DNA of 64,000 nt from Polymyxa betae A26-41 (Eukaryota; Protista; Endomyxa: Phytomyxea), in contig RBZT01000313.1 in the NCBI GenBank assembly GCA_003693705.1, positions 62,001 through 126,000 on the forward strand, written 5' to 3'. A program made the translations under genes and the position numbers. The notes below the pieces were generated by a model. The model ran no database searches and had not been told where the DNA came from. It was given only the letters and a program-made list of their open reading frames with translations. Shown in pieces: positions 38,167 to 52,267 of this stretch; the first letter of the stretch is position 1; every line of letters starts with the position of its first letter.

Positions 38167-40373
38167 ATGCAGCAGGCGTCCATAAAGTCTTTCTTCCAAT
38201 CGAAGGCCTCAGACGTTCGCGATTTGGCTCCGGCCGAGCTGCCGGAAAAGCGATCAGACGGGGCAGAAAATCGTTCGGCCTGTAGCTCGCCCAAAGAAAT
38301 AATGAAAGTCGAGGAAATAAATTCGGCTCCGACACCGCTGCCGGAAAAACGATCGCCTCGAAAAGAAAAAAGATCGGCTAGTAGTTCATCGGAACAGAAA
38401 ACGGAAGTCGACAAAGTCGTGATAGTTCTTTCGGATACTGAGCCTGAAGAACGGAATGTGATTCCAACTGGGCAAAAGAAGCGAAGATTGGTCGTGCCCG
38501 GCGATAGACTGGATTGTAAGACGTCCTCGAAACAAAATCATTTTGTGTCGGCAATTGCGAACAAGGTTTCCAATGAGATGACGACCCTCTCAGAGAAAGC
38601 CATCGCCAGCTACTTACTTAAACACGGAAGTCTGTTGAAGGACGCCATTCACAGCCGTTCGTTAAAGACATTGAAAGAGATGCTATTCGGAACATTAGCG
38701 ACACCGAAAAAGCCCAATCAGCTCTGGACGAAAAAGTTCGAGACAAATCGCTGTGTCAACCAGGATGTTGACGACTTAATGCGTTCATGGATGCGAATTT
38801 TCATTCGACGAAGACCTCTTGATATCAATGATGATGAAGTTGCCTTACTGGAGGAGCATCGTATTCGCAGCGCTGCTGAACAGAGGCGCGACAACCAGTT
38901 CATCGTTGACGACTCCGACGATGATGAGATTCCATTGTGTCGCGTGCTGGTGTTGGAGGGTTCGATTGGAAGTGGAAAGACCAGCGCTGTCCATTCGTGT
39001 TTGTACGCTTTAAACGAGGACAAGAAGGGCGTGATAGAAGTGAATGCTTCTCAACGACGACGACAAGCTGATCTCGTCAATCGCTTTAAAGAAGCGACGC
39101 AATCACAGTGGATTGATGATAGGACGTCATCGTTAAAACCAAAAAAGTCGAGCAAGAAAGTCACGAAAGGGAAAAATGGTCGCCCTTCAGGGCCAATATC
39201 TGATAAGCATGCGGTCGTGTTAATTGATGATGTCGATATTATGCTGGAAGAGGACGCAGGCATGAAATCTGTTAGTCGATGCATTCTTGCTTTGCTCAGT
39301 ATCTGTAGGATTCTCCAAAGGAATCGCATTTCTGTTGAAGGACACAAAGCGTCCTATAATATTAACTTGTGCTGAGCTACCGAACAGCATTCGATCGTTA
39401 TTATCCAATGGATATTATAACTTCGCCTTATTGGAACAGAACCAGGAGACTTTGGTATCGTTTTTGTTATCAATCTTGTTATCAGAAGGCGCTGTTTCTC
39501 TACCTTCAGATGTCGATTTGAAAAGATGTTTGCAGCTATTACATAACGATCTGCGCTCGACTTTGAACAATCTTCAGTTCTGGCTGGATGTTGATCGGGA
39601 TTCCTTGATCTCAAACATTCAAAAACGCGAAACGCTTCAGTGCCTCAACGCGCCCAGTGCTTATTTATATCAGCGATTCTCCGGTTTTGGAAATCTCCCT
39701 TTGGAGTCGATCTGGAAATTTGCCGAGTTTCAGAATCTCGAATCGGTTGTTCGACATGGGACAGAATCCGAGCTTTGCAATGTCATACACGAGAACTACA
39801 TCAAACTCTGCAGTGATAATGACGATGATCCAAGGCATATTGATTCTACGGCCGATTTGGCTAATATTGCAGAAGCCCTCAGCATTACTGATCTCATTTC
39901 CGCCTATCGGAATCCCAAGCAAGAGCTGCCGCTTCACCAGCGTATATTATGTTGTACATCCGAATTAGTGTGCGAATACTATCGAGGGTTTGTTTGCAAT
40001 TCGCCCAGGAACATTGAGATTTCAGATTGCAGTTTGCATTCATCATGTCAAGAGCAAGATCACTGTCAGTTTGCATCAATTTGGGAAGAATATCGGTGCG
40101 CAGAACCTGCTGCTAAACATCATCCATCTATTTCGTTTGCTATCGATCATATGAGCGCGATTCGTTTGATCTCACGCTCTGAGGAGCGCAGTCGAGAGTC
40201 AAATAGGAGGGTTACAAGAAGGTCCTCTGTCACTCGTTTTGTGCAATATAGATTTTTTACTCGGTGCTTTTAGGTTCCATCATTACTTAAGGAGTTCTTT
40301 AACGGCTACAGGACTAGAGCTTGCACAAAATCACTGTACCAGTTTATGTACGACAGAGGATTCGCTTCCTTAA
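38167..40373 (+). CDS. ATAD5: ELG1/ATAD5-like RFC1-family AAA+ clamp unloader
   Basis: N-terminal PIP box QASIKSFF. Motifs LWTKKF, Walker A GSIGSGKT, VIEVNASQRR, EATQS, VLIDDVD and TKRPIILTC, plus C-terminal RFHHYL. Confidence 0.85.
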
Positions 40374-40590
40374 ACTCTCTTCAAATGAAACAGTTGATTT
40401 ATCAAGAATTGAACTGTCAATAAATGTTTAAACAATACTGGCGCTACGATTGGCCGTTTGCATTTACCTACTTTAAGAGGAATTTAACAAGGTTTTTGCC
40501 TACGGCTTTCTTGTTTGTTTTAGGCGACGGAGTCCGTTCGGACTTTAGTCGTCGTCCTAAACTTTTCTGGCAAATTCGTCCCAATTCAGG

Positions 40591-41585
40591 ATGTCTGCTC
40601 CCGAATGTGTCCAGCTTGATGGCCTGGTCGTTATTAAGATTATGAAACATGCTCGGGAGTCGTTGCCAGACTCAGTTTCTGGTCATCTTCTGGGTCTGGA
40701 CGTCCAAGGCCGGTTGGAGGTGACCGGCTGCTTCCCCATGCCAGCCGCCACTCCCATCCCACCTGTTAACACTCGGGGGAAAAATGCAGCATTGGAAATT
40801 GATGAGAGCGAGGTTGCCAGGGATGATATGGAATATCAACTGCAAATGATGAAGTTGTTACGAGAAGTAAATGTTGACAGTAATAGTGTGGGCTGGTATC
40901 AGTCCATCAGCAACGTCGATCTGATGCAGGTTTGATTCCAAAGGCGAAAACCGAAACTCTTTCTCATTATTTGTAGGATCAAGGCTCTGCTTCGGCCTGG
41001 TCTGCTATTGTTGCAACTCAGTACGACTATCAGACCAACATCCCAGGTTCAGTTGTAATCATCTATGATCCGCTTCGCACCGCATATGGTGCATTGGCCA
41101 TCCGTGCCTACCGGTTATCAGATGCATTCATGAAGTTTTACAAAGCTGGTGATCAGTCAAAAGAAGGCTTTAACCGCCATCAGATTGACTCTGGAAACAT
41201 TTTCCAAGAAATCCCGGTTAAAGTTCATAACTCTAATCTGGTCCACGCTTTTCTTTATGAGTTAAGAGAAAAAGGCACAGTCGCTTGCGAATTCGACCGT
41301 CTGGATATGTCACAGCATGGCTTCATTGCTGACGATTTGAAAGCGCTTGGTGATTCTGTCCATGAATATTCCCAAGAACAGGGTCGTTATCAGTTTTATC
41401 AACGCAGCATGGCTCGCCAAAAAAGCCAGGGCGAGAAATCGTCTTTATCCGCTCCTTCGAGACTGGACATTTTCTTGGTTACACAAGCGATGCGCCGTCT
41501 CTGTAATGAAATTGGAAGCCAATCTAGCTCTGCATATACTCGCCTGTTTGTTACAGAAACTCCTTCCCAATCCAAACAGCAATAA
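40591..41585 (+). CDS. EIF3H: Translation initiation factor 3 subunit H (MPN domain); 2 exons
   Basis: VQLDGLVVIKIMKH, GHLLGLD..LEVTGCFP, MMKLLREVNVDSNSVGWYQS, IYDPLRT and IFQEIPVKVHNS. Confidence 0.95.
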
Positions 41586-41601
41586 ATTTCCACATACTCG
41601 G

Positions 41602-43694
41602 CTATATTTCTGGTCGGTTTTTCGAATAGAGCTGATTGTATAGGCGATCAATATCGATTTTAGATTCGATACTGTCGATGCTTAATCTTGACATCGGAAA
41701 TTGAATTGCTAGGATGGCAGATTGCAGTCTGTTCGTGAACTGGAAAGCACAAGGGCATTGAGGAATCACTGCTAATAAACCATGCAGTGATTTGTATAGA
41801 TATGGATGCGCTTGGATGTCAAGAATGTCGAGTCTGATTTTGAAAAAAGTTGGAGAGTCAAGCAGTTCAATGAGCTGTATAACTTGCTCAAACGTGTCAG
41901 TTGACCAGAAGTTTATGAGACAGTCCCTACAACTGGTGTCAGATTTAAGTTAAACCCCAACTAAGATGCTTCTTACAGCGAGGCTATCACCAAAAACGCC
42001 AGCTCGTAAACGCGGCTGAAAAGACACAACCCTATCAGAGCAATTGGATTAGAGACCCATGCTGAAAACAGCCGACAGAAGATATGTGAAGACGATGCTG
42101 ACTGAAGATGCATTCTAAAATCCAAAAGAGAATCTGATAAGAAAATGGCCAACATCATGGTATGAATTGTCATTGGGGATAATTCAGAACATGAAAGCGT
42201 TGAGACAATGTTAAATAAGGCGTGCCCTCCCAGCAGATCCGATAAACAGTTCACTATCACAGTGCATCGCTTCTTTTCTAAAACTGATTCGCGAGAGCAA
42301 TTAATAGCTCTGATTAGATCGCGTAATGTGCTCATCAGCGAGGTTTGGGATATTGCTATTCGTATGACGATTTCTAATATCCCTCCGATTTCTCGGAAAG
42401 GAGATTCCAATAGAATTCGGAGCAATCGTTGTTGGAAATTCTGGTGACCTGTTAACGAGCCACCTCTTCGGACATAAACTAGCAAATAATCCAGTGCAGC
42501 TGTTTGAGATCTCGGACCAACAACAGAATCCAAGTTGATAGGTACACAGATGTCTTTCAGAGCTTTAAATATCTCTTGATGAGAATTGGCGGCAGTGTTG
42601 CTAATTTGTTCGTAAGGATCATCAAGACACTGTAATAGAATGCTGATAGCCAAAGCAGACTCAGCCGAAGTTGGGATTTTCTGAACCAGATCAGGCATCC
42701 ACTTCAGTGCAGTCTGGCGGACGACAGAAGCCTGCCCTCTATCAGCAGCAATCTTTGTAATTATACGAAGGCATGATCCAGGAGGCAGTTGATGCCGGAC
42801 TGATTCAATGAAAGATCTCACATTGACTGTTATGTCTGCATGCTGATCGGTTAGCATTGATAAAATCGCAGGCAACGCAAATATAACTGAAACTCGATTA
42901 CTGCAATGGAGAAGCCGAGTCCAGCTCAATGCAAAATGTCTTGAGTAAGGGTCGCCTCGAAGTAGCACTCTTTCCAAAACCGGGACGATTGAATCAATGC
43001 AGCCTGATCTATCATCAAGTATGGCGTCCTTCAATAAACAGTTAAGATGTTCGGTGACGCTCCTGATAGAACTATCATTGCAATTAACTAAGCCTGCAAT
43101 TGCCGAAAAGATTTCGGCGATATGTTCTATCATGGCAGATCGACAGACTTTAGAGATATTGTAAAGACCTATAATATTGATGAGGTAAACCTGAAAGGAA
43201 TAAACACGTCTTACATTCACAAGCCAGGAAAAGATGACGAAGATTGTTTTCATTTCGAAGAACGGAAATAACTGAATAGATTGATTGTGAATATAAGCCC
43301 CTACAACAAAACATTCAACCAGAATCATTTAAGATTTATAAATTGCAAATACGCTAGCACTTCAGAATCAGTTTGTATAGTAACTGCACAAACTAGACAA
43401 CGGATTACCACCAAAGATGAGAACAATTGCAGCGGTACCTGACAGGGTCAACAGGGCAGATTTACATAACGAGATGTCTGAGCAGAGATCATAGACCACA
43501 GTTTGAATCAACTTGGCGACATGGCCTGGTTTATGTCGGATCCAAAGCCGAATCTGCCTCTCCAGTAATCCGATAGCTGCCTTGCGTTTATCTAGAGATT
43601 TATCCCCCAGATCGGATCGCAGCTGATCTAGAACCTGCGGGATATCGGAGGGGGAAGAGGGCGGTGTCAACGACACCGGCATGGTAAACACCAT
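41602..43694 (-). CDS. VAC14: Divergent VAC14 HEAT-repeat scaffold (PIKfyve/Fab1 complex); multi-exon
   Basis: LGDKSLDKRKAA, IIGLYNISKV, FCRLFSAWVSNPIALIGLCLFSRVYELA, LIELLDSPTF..IRL and HPYLYKSLHGLLAVIPQ match VAC14 blocks. Confidence 0.8.
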
Positions 43695-43804
43695 TATATT
43701 TGATGTTATAAATGAGAGAGATGTAAGAACAGACCGCCGGGGTCCCCGAGTTAAGTTATGTTACACAGCTTTATAGTAGATAGATTAGGTCATATGGAGG
43801 GAAA

Positions 43805-46800
43805 TCAACTGGACTCGAAATCAGAGTCACTTTGGCTTAAAAGAGACGACGGTGATGACGAATTCGACCTTGGACAGATGGATGGCTTTGGTCTCTTTCC
43901 TCTGGGCGCTTCTAGATGCATCTTGCTTGACGATTTAGTCCGATTTGGATCCCCATTCCTTTTTTTAAAAGGAGTCACGCCATCATTTGGCCTCTCTTTC
44001 CCGTTGCTATCAAAAGAGCCACCATGCGTCCTCAATTCCTCTCTCACCTTATTCTTAGAGCAATCCTGTGAAAAAAATCGCGGGTTCTTGTTTCTCCTTC
44101 GTGGGCTTAGCTCGATTTCCTCTTGAATTCGCTTTTCAGGCTTGACAAAAACAGTGCAGTCATCATCGTCACCAGTCAAATCCAATACCCCAAGGTTAGG
44201 ACGGCACAATTTTGCACGAGAATCGGGATTTGGGTCATGAACAGCTTCAGGAATGGCTTCGCGATAAGCATCAATTGAATAATTGTTTTCACTGAACTGA
44301 AAATCCGAATCCCCCAACTCAGGAAATTCAGATAAATACTGATAATCAGTCGTAGGATCCGCGCCGAGACGCTGATTGTTCTCTATAATTTCTGCATTCG
44401 AGTCATTTCCTGCGCTAACTGAAGCTGGAAGATTCGGCTGGTGACCGATTTCGGAATTGGCTCTTTTAACAAACCCGTTTCCAGCATTAGCAGGTAAAGG
44501 AGCATATTTTGCGTTGATTGCAGCTGTTGTCTTCCTTTCTTTTGAATTCTGGGTGCTTTTCAATTCGCTGTTCTTCAATTTCTTCGATTTTGCATCGGCC
44601 AAAAATGTCACATTAAACGGTGAGGGCACAGGAATATTATTGACCCCATACTTAACATAGGCCTGGCAATGGGGGCTGAGAATTTCTGCACCATTGCGAA
44701 ACTTCAATATTCTTACCTGGACACTATATGCATTAGCGACGTAACTAAAGGATAAGTAGCTTCACAAAATTCAGAGTAGGTTAACAGAGACGCTGAACAT
44801 AATCTTACCCCGTAATTATAAGATGAACAATAATTCGTTGGGCATCGTTTTTTGTAAACCGTTTCTTATCTAACTGAGCATGGCTAGGCAGTTTATATTC
44901 AGCCGATCCAATACCACGCCATCCATCGCTCAGCTGCTGCACAGTCATGGCTAAATCTGCCTTTTTGAATTCTTGTAGCATTGCTTTTACTGGAATAGAA
45001 ACATCCCGTTTTTCTGATAGATACTGATCCCGAGTACAACTACAACAAATTTTAGCTTTTCCAAGTAGCTCAGACAATAAATGTCGTGTACTTGTCGCAA
45101 TATTGTTGACAACATGACGTCAGCGTTTTCTCGCTGAAATGACGCTCGATTTGGATGTGGCGACAGGTTCTCAAATCTTGGCAATATCTTAACATATCGA
45201 TAAGATGAAGTTCACCTAAAAGAGTTAAAAACATGAAAAGTGACTAGTCTGACAGGTAAATACTGTTATGGCTTTCGACTCCCATAGCGACCAATCTTAA
45301 TGCATCTTGCGGGCTGTAGTACAGAATGCACGCAGCATCTTTTCGATCACGTCCAGCACGGCCTGATTCTTGATAATAACCAGAGAGCGACTAAATATAA
45401 AATTGTTATAATAAACGGCAAAACCCAATCTTGGATCACCTTTGATAAAGATTGATGGATAACGAATCGGACATCAGGCTTTGATACTGCAACGAGTTTC
45501 ATGACATAGCAGACACGGAAAGAGTTAATTTACCAACCTCCCATACCGAATGCAATCTAAGCACGAATCAATAAATTGAAACAACTTGAAGTAACAGAGG
45601 TAGCATACGGTAGCGACAACCACTTGGACCTGATTATTCTGCCATAATTCGTAAACGCCATCCTTCACATCACTGTCAAAGCCAGCATGATACGAAGCAC
45701 ATGCTACGCCTAGCTCCTGCAGCTGTTCACAGATGGTTTCACAGTCCTGAATAAATTCAATAATCAGATAGGGGAACCAAAAACTTCGAAGGATGCCTTT
45801 TTAGACAGTGCATAGATGATTCCACTTTGGTTGGCAAATCGCCCTGTGATTAAATCTGCTATTTCTTTAATCAAAGCTGCAGCGGAGCTGGGTTTTAGTC
45901 GGACCTGAAGGACATTTAATAAACGGTTAAGGAAAATGCACATTAGACACCTCATAACATAAGTTCGGTCGATCACACGATTGCCTAAACACAACTGTTC
46001 GGGGTGAAAGACTCAAAATCTTCTTTACATCATTGGCAGTGTTTTCATCTACCGAAGATGCCTGTTTAGCTTCCACCAGAAAAATATTGCAAACTTACCA
46101 GCAGTCGCTGTAAGAGCAGTAATTCCTGTGTCAGGGCACAGTTTTCGAATGATTCCAAGCGCCCTAACGATACAATTAGCGACGAATGGATGAACAACAC
46201 AACGTCGACCTGTAATCGGGACGGAAATCGTGACCCCATTGAGAGCAGCAGTCTAGTAAATGTTAGATGCAGTCATTTAACGCATAGCATTTTAACGAAA
46301 CGCACGAGCTTCGTCGATAGCGACCCGTGACAGTTTGCCGCTGGCAGAAATTTTCGATAATGTACTTTGCAAGCGCTTCGATTTTGATAACAGCTCAGGA
46401 GAGACGTAAAGCAGCGAAAGCGCCCCCTGATCAGTTCAGCATTGCAAAAGTGCCATTATGTATCACATACAGCAACAATGTCAGCATAAATGCTTTCGAC
46501 AACATTAGAAGGCGTATCTTTTGTCATTTTGGCTGCACGGATTCGTAGTTGCTGCAATTGCGTCACCTTTAAGAACTTCAGCGCATCTGCAAACAGGCAC
46601 AGCCTTGTTTTACCTGATCATGCATAAGAGCAACAAGAGGAGATATGACGAGTGTGAGCCGGCCTTGACTGATCAAGGCAGGTAATTGAAAGCAAAGGCT
46701 CTTCCCACTGCCTGCAGGGAGAAATACCATGCAATCGTTTCCAGACAGAGCACAATCACAGATCTCTTTTTGCATTGGTCTCCAGCAGGAAATACCGAAA

Positions 46801-47127
46801 ACGTTCGTTCTCAGCTGGTCAAGCATTTCTGACCAGGCATACGTAGCCGATGAGCTTTGCTGCCCTATAAACTGTTCGGTAACCAGTTGCTGTTGACGAG
46901 TCTGCTCTGCTCTGTCAATCTCGTGCAGAATATCTGATAAGTAATGCATTCAACGAGGCAAGATTTATTTTCTGCTTCTGAAAGCAACCTTGAATCTCGG
47001 CGACACGTCTCTGGCGAATCTCGATTTCCTCCGTCAGCAAGGTCAGTTCGACAACGAGCGCATCGCGGTCGTAATGTCGCCTCTGCCGGTTGTCATCGCT
47101 CGTCAAGTCGATGGCCTGATTGACCAT
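43805..47127 (-). CDS. RecQ-family DNA helicase (RECQ1-like); many exons
   Basis: [54 protein letters not shown]|IAFGMG|..[20 protein letters not shown], and an RQC Zn-binding region. Confidence 0.95.
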
Positions 47128-47384
47128 GACAGCATAAGGTTCGATTTTAATGATACTGCGTCCTTTCACTGCGCTGGTTCCGAATTCAACATAAAGACGT
47201 TTAGTGCTAGGTAATAGCAGTACCAGGCAGATTGTTTGTATGATTACTAATGCAGACTGTGCAGTTGACGTCATTGTGAGATTGTGTGCCTGTAGCTGAC
47301 GTGGATTGTAACGTTTACCTGCTGCCTTTTCTCAGTGTTGAGGGGCGCGACAGTTGTCCCAAAGCTCTATTCATTTCGCCCTGA
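47128..47384. promoter_or_regulatory. Bidirectional promoter region between RecQ and Sec3 with TGACGTCA/TGACGT elements
   Basis: 257 bp between divergent ATGs. Palindromic TGACGTCA at 47266-47273 and TGACGT at 47297-47302. Confidence 0.5.
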
Positions 47385-50063
47385 ATGGAGACTGTCTCTC
47401 CCGGCAGACACGACAATGGCGAAGACGAAACTCTTCAAAATGATCTGCCAGTGATATCAGTTGACGATGCCGCTGATATACGACGATACCTGAAACAGCA
47501 TCGCCTTCAGGTCTCAGAGATTCATTTGTTGGAAGGTGGGTTTGTATGTCAACGTATTTTTGCGAAAGCAGCTTGGCGAATTAAGCAGAATAGGCTTACT
47601 GCTAGCTCAGCTGGAAGAGATTGACAATGAGAATACAAGGACTTTGTGTTCTGATGAAATAGCAGCCCAGTCATTGAGCAATGATATCACTAAAGTGCAA
47701 GAGGCGGCTGGTCGGATGGGCGAATGGCTTAGGCACCATGATAGGCAACTTCACCGAATGAAGGTATGGTAAGGTCAGACATTTGAATCAAGATTATGAC
47801 GCTTTCAAGGTTGGAATAAGTCAAATTGAGCATCGAAATCGTCTGTTAGATCTTCAAGAGAGAAATCATACACTTCTAGCGGATACGTTACAGCACATTT
47901 TGGATGATTTGAAATTAGGTGGTTACTGTGAATTTTTATATTGCTTGATCTGAAGATCTTTAGACGATGATGTAATTCAGGAGCTGAAGTCACCTTCAAT
48001 TTTATCATCAGTGACAAATTTCTCTGCTTTTACTAAATCCGTTTCAGCAGCTAACGAACTCAATTCTGTTCTCCAAAAACGGTTCCTGAACGGACTGGAG
48101 AACCTTGCATCTGTCCGCGAGAAACGCCAGGAATTTGAATCTGTAAGCCCATGCAGTTGCTTCGTCTGTTCTCATTTACCGATTCGATCGCTTTCAGATC
48201 CGCAAGGTCTTCTGCGAGCAAGTTATTAAATTTTTTTCTAATCTGTTCCAATCGGAATCGAAAAGATTGTTTGATCCGACATTAAGCATGCCAGAAACTG
48301 CATTGCCTGAAAATGAAAAGTTGCATTTGTCTCTTGGGAAATTTGAAGACCTGACACAAGTGCTTGAGTCTCTTGATAAGGATGCTTTTCTGTCACTTCG
48401 TCAAGCCTATACTAGACAGATTTCAACATGCTATTCAACGTATTTCTCCTTATTTTTCCAAACGCAAAAGAAAAACATCGTTAAGGAGAAACGGGACAAT
48501 TCGCTTAGTGCAATGCCTGCTGCTACTGAACCCACAGTTGCTCTAAATAGAGGGGGATCTTCGAGGTAGGCTCTTTCAGTTTCCAAATTGCTCTCCTGTT
48601 GATGCTGTTCAGATCGGTAGTCAGAGACACCAAGCGAGTTATTACGGCTGTTTTTGAATCGGCTCTTGAGCAAGCCTTACCTATTCTTGGTAAGCGAATT
48701 GCGTCCATCAAATGTGTCATTCAGCTTGGTTTAGTATCTGAGCAAGAGTTCTGTCTTGACTTTTTCGGACTCAAAATTAAAGGCGATAATCCCTCCAGTA
48801 CGGTCAATGAGGAAGAGGTTATGCAAGTTGCGCTGCTTTTGGCAAACTGTTAAATGCTTTCAGATCGAGCGCATGAATCAAGCCAGCATCACTGAAATGA
48901 TGAAACAGTTATTTAAAGGGCTGGAAGAAGAGTTTATTGGATTGGCTGATAAAGGGGATGAGATGGACCATTTGTACAGGTCAGTAAAGCATTTCGTAAC
49001 TCTGGTGACAGCTGATAATCTTTCGAAGCTTAAAAATGTTGGTTAAGATAGAGCAACTGCAACAGCAATATGCCACAAGCTGTCAGTACGCCGAAGCCAT
49101 GCTTTCACAGCTTCGAACTCAAACCAAAGTGCTATTTGAAGAGTTTACAAAAGAGCAACTTGCTTGGATTGAAAATCTGAAGGTTTCATTGTCGTATCAT
49201 CTTTTCCTGTTCGAAACTCAATTTACAAAGGTTTCAACAAAACGATGTGGAATTTTGCCACCTTTCGCTCGTCTTCCTGCATTCATCGAAAGGATGGAGT
49301 CCGCTGCAAGTAGCTACTCCAATCGTTGTGCAACAGTTGACGATACTTATATCAAAATTATCGAGTGTATGGTGAATTGGTTGCCTCAGGTTGGTTTAAG
49401 ATGCATTTCGATAAAGTATAACTAATATCGAGCTAGGTTGCTTCGCAAGAACCCAAATACAAAACTTTAGTAATGATGGAAAACTTCCATTTCTTTTGGC
49501 GGACAATGGTCGATCTTTCCATTCCTTGTTTATCAAACTATTCGCGGAAAGCGTTTGATATGTACAAAGAACATCGCGATCTTTATGTGTCTTGGAGCGT
49601 TAAATATGAGTTCTCCAAAGCTTTTGAATTCTTTGAGCTGCTTGAATCAACCTCATCGGGCCTATCTTCAATTCGTGACGTCCCTTTTACCCCGGGATTG
49701 TCGAAACAGGATTTGAGAAATATGGTTAAGACAATCTTGGTGAAAAAGAGGATTCAAAAAGGCGTCAGCTCTATGCTTCAACGGTTAATCAAGCATCTTG
49801 GCGAAAAGCACCCGCTTTTGCCATATGTTTGGACATGCATGAGTGAATTTTTTGTTTCCAGTTTTAAGAAGTTCGAGATTCTTGTCTCTCAGTGTATGTG
49901 GGCTCAATATCTCCAGTTGAAAACTAACAACTCTATAGGTTATCAAGCAGAAGAAATTGGCTTAACGGCTGATGATATTAATTCAGCATTTAGCTCGGGC
50001 AGCGGGGAGGCATTAATTGAAAAGCTTTCTGAATCCGCAGCTTCCAGAAGCATTGTTATGTGA
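47385..50063 (+). CDS. SEC3: Exocyst component Sec3/EXOC1-like; multi-exon
   Basis: Coiled coil (MGEWLRHHDRQLHRMK..IESRL) followed by Sec3_C-like blocks: KRCGILPPFARLPAFIERME, MMENFHFF, LSKQDLR, and RLIKHL....LLPYVW. Confidence 0.8.
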
Positions 50064-50119
50064 TTATCTACGTACAGGCACAATTATATATTTATTTGGT
50101 TTACATTCTACATAAACAG

Positions 50120-51744
50120 TTAGAGCTCTCGTCTCGGGCGTTGTCTTAATGGAGATACCGATCTTTTGATCCCATGCCCCTTGTTGCTTTCAGAGCAAGT
50201 ATCCTCAGTCTCCACTTTTGTCTGCTTTTTCTTTTTCTTGAGGCTCTTGGACTTATCTTTCTTTTTCGATTTTTTCCTCTTCTCTGTTCCGCGTTTGGCG
50301 GCATCCCTCTCTGGAGGGCAGAAAAACAGGTCCTGTTCATCAGCATGTTCTTCTTTCTGAAGAACTACAGGAGTGTGATCGATGGTTTCGGTTGACAAAC
50401 GTATCCTGAATGGTTCACCACGAACAGATACTAAACGTCCCAGCAAAGTCGTACTCTGATATCGAGTTAGCAATTGATGACATCTTTGAAAACAAGGATG
50501 CTCACGGTTTCATCCGGGAAATCCAGCGTCAGCCTGTCGTAAGCCCAGGCGAAAGAACGCCTGACACGCATAACGCCGAACGAATTGCGACCGATATCAA
50601 GTTCGGGTTCCAGGGGGTTTTCCACCGATAATAAATATGGACGAGCATGATCAACGAAACCTGCCGAAAATCTCAGATAATGTATTTGCTGCATTCACAA
50701 CGCACAACCTCGCTGAGCCTTGCTGTAATACGATCCGCCGTCGCGGACGCTGATTCCGACAACGGCATAATTCAGCGATCTTCCATATAACTCAAAGAAG
50801 GACAACAGAAGAGCACCAAGATTCAAATCACGATGAGACTGCTTCCCTAGCTTTTTCAAACAGCCATATCTGAGGAAGATTCTGTTACTAATCGGACAGT
50901 TTCAAAAACAGTTGGACATACGGATGCATCTGCAGATGGCTAATGATCATCATCTGCAGCAAGAACGATCCCATTCCGCCACAATACGTCTCGTGCATCT
51001 CCCGAAACTGAAGGAAGTATTTCAAGAAGAGAGTCAGCGGCCTGAGCGCCGGCATCTCCTGCTGAAACCTATTCACCAGCTTGCAGGCTTCTAATCCGCT
51101 CTCAACATTGAAGCAGATATCCACAGAGATCCCCGTGATCTTATCTGTGAATTTGACGACTATGAACAGCAACAGCTTAAGCACTGAGACAGACAATGGA
51201 GCTGTAAATATGCTCACTTGGGACACGAGCAGACAAAATCTGTTCGATAAATGAGACGGCATCACGCCTCTGCAATTCTTCTGCAATTTGTCGAAGGCAT
51301 CCCTTCGCGTCATCATCGTCATGAAACACGACAATGTCGAGATCGGATACCGGCAAATAAAGCCGCGTCGCAACCGATCCGAAAACCGATACTTTGGCGT
51401 TCGGTAACAGACTGGTGATTAGATCGCATGTTCGCTTGATCAGTCTCTCGCGTGCATCATGCTCCGCCTAATACGGCTCAATCTCACGAAGAGAGTTTGA
51501 ATGGGTGACAAACCGGTGTAGGAGAGAAGTATTCGCAGAAGCGAATCAGCTCTTCGTGGATTTTCTCAGTCAAAGTCAACCCTTTTAAAAACGTGTCCGA
51601 GCATTTCCAGGGATCATCGATAAAAAGACTAGACGCCTCGTCAACCTTTGGTTTTTTCCCGTCAGGTTTATTGTCTTTCCCGGATGACAACGGAATGAAG
51701 TCCTCCAGAAGGAAATCGGCAATGGTCGGTCGGAACTCCATCAT
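50120..51744 (-). CDS. Non-canonical poly(A) polymerase TRF4/PAPD5 (TENT4) family; multi-exon
   Basis: IHEELIRFCEYFSPT, FGSVATRLYLPVSDLDI, VDICFN, LKYFLQFREMHETYCGGMGSF, and LSVENPLEPELDIGRNSF. Confidence 0.93.
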
Positions 51745-52267
51745 CGCTCCCGATTAATAAGTAGAAAGATGCGAAAAGCGCGTTTTGAGGGAAGGCCGAA
51801 TGGACAAAGTAGGAGCCGTTGATGTCGTTGACCGAACCTCGAGCACACTCCGCTATGATCCTGAACGTCGATATTCAAGATGTCAGAAATCCAGGGACAG
51901 AATCGGGCATTCGAAACCCGCGCATTTCGCAGTCCGAAAAAGCCGTGGTTCCAGCATTGTTGTCAGATATCGCGCTAACTGGATTTACGACCTACAGCAG
52001 TCCTTGAAGCGTTGCGCTTGGGATGTCTTTATCACCTGCCATCTCAGCCATAGTGCTCTATAACCAGCACTGGTATCTGATGGCCAATTTGACTATACCA
52101 CGTCAGAGATCCATCTAAGTTTTCGACCCCGTTTTTTATAATGCATCCCAATCTCGATTCAACAACCAAATCAGCAATTAAATAAATCCTCAAAACCTCG
52201 TCGATCTGAAAGCTTAATCCAAAATGTTCATGGATTCAAATTGCCGTAACCATCATAACTTCAATTT

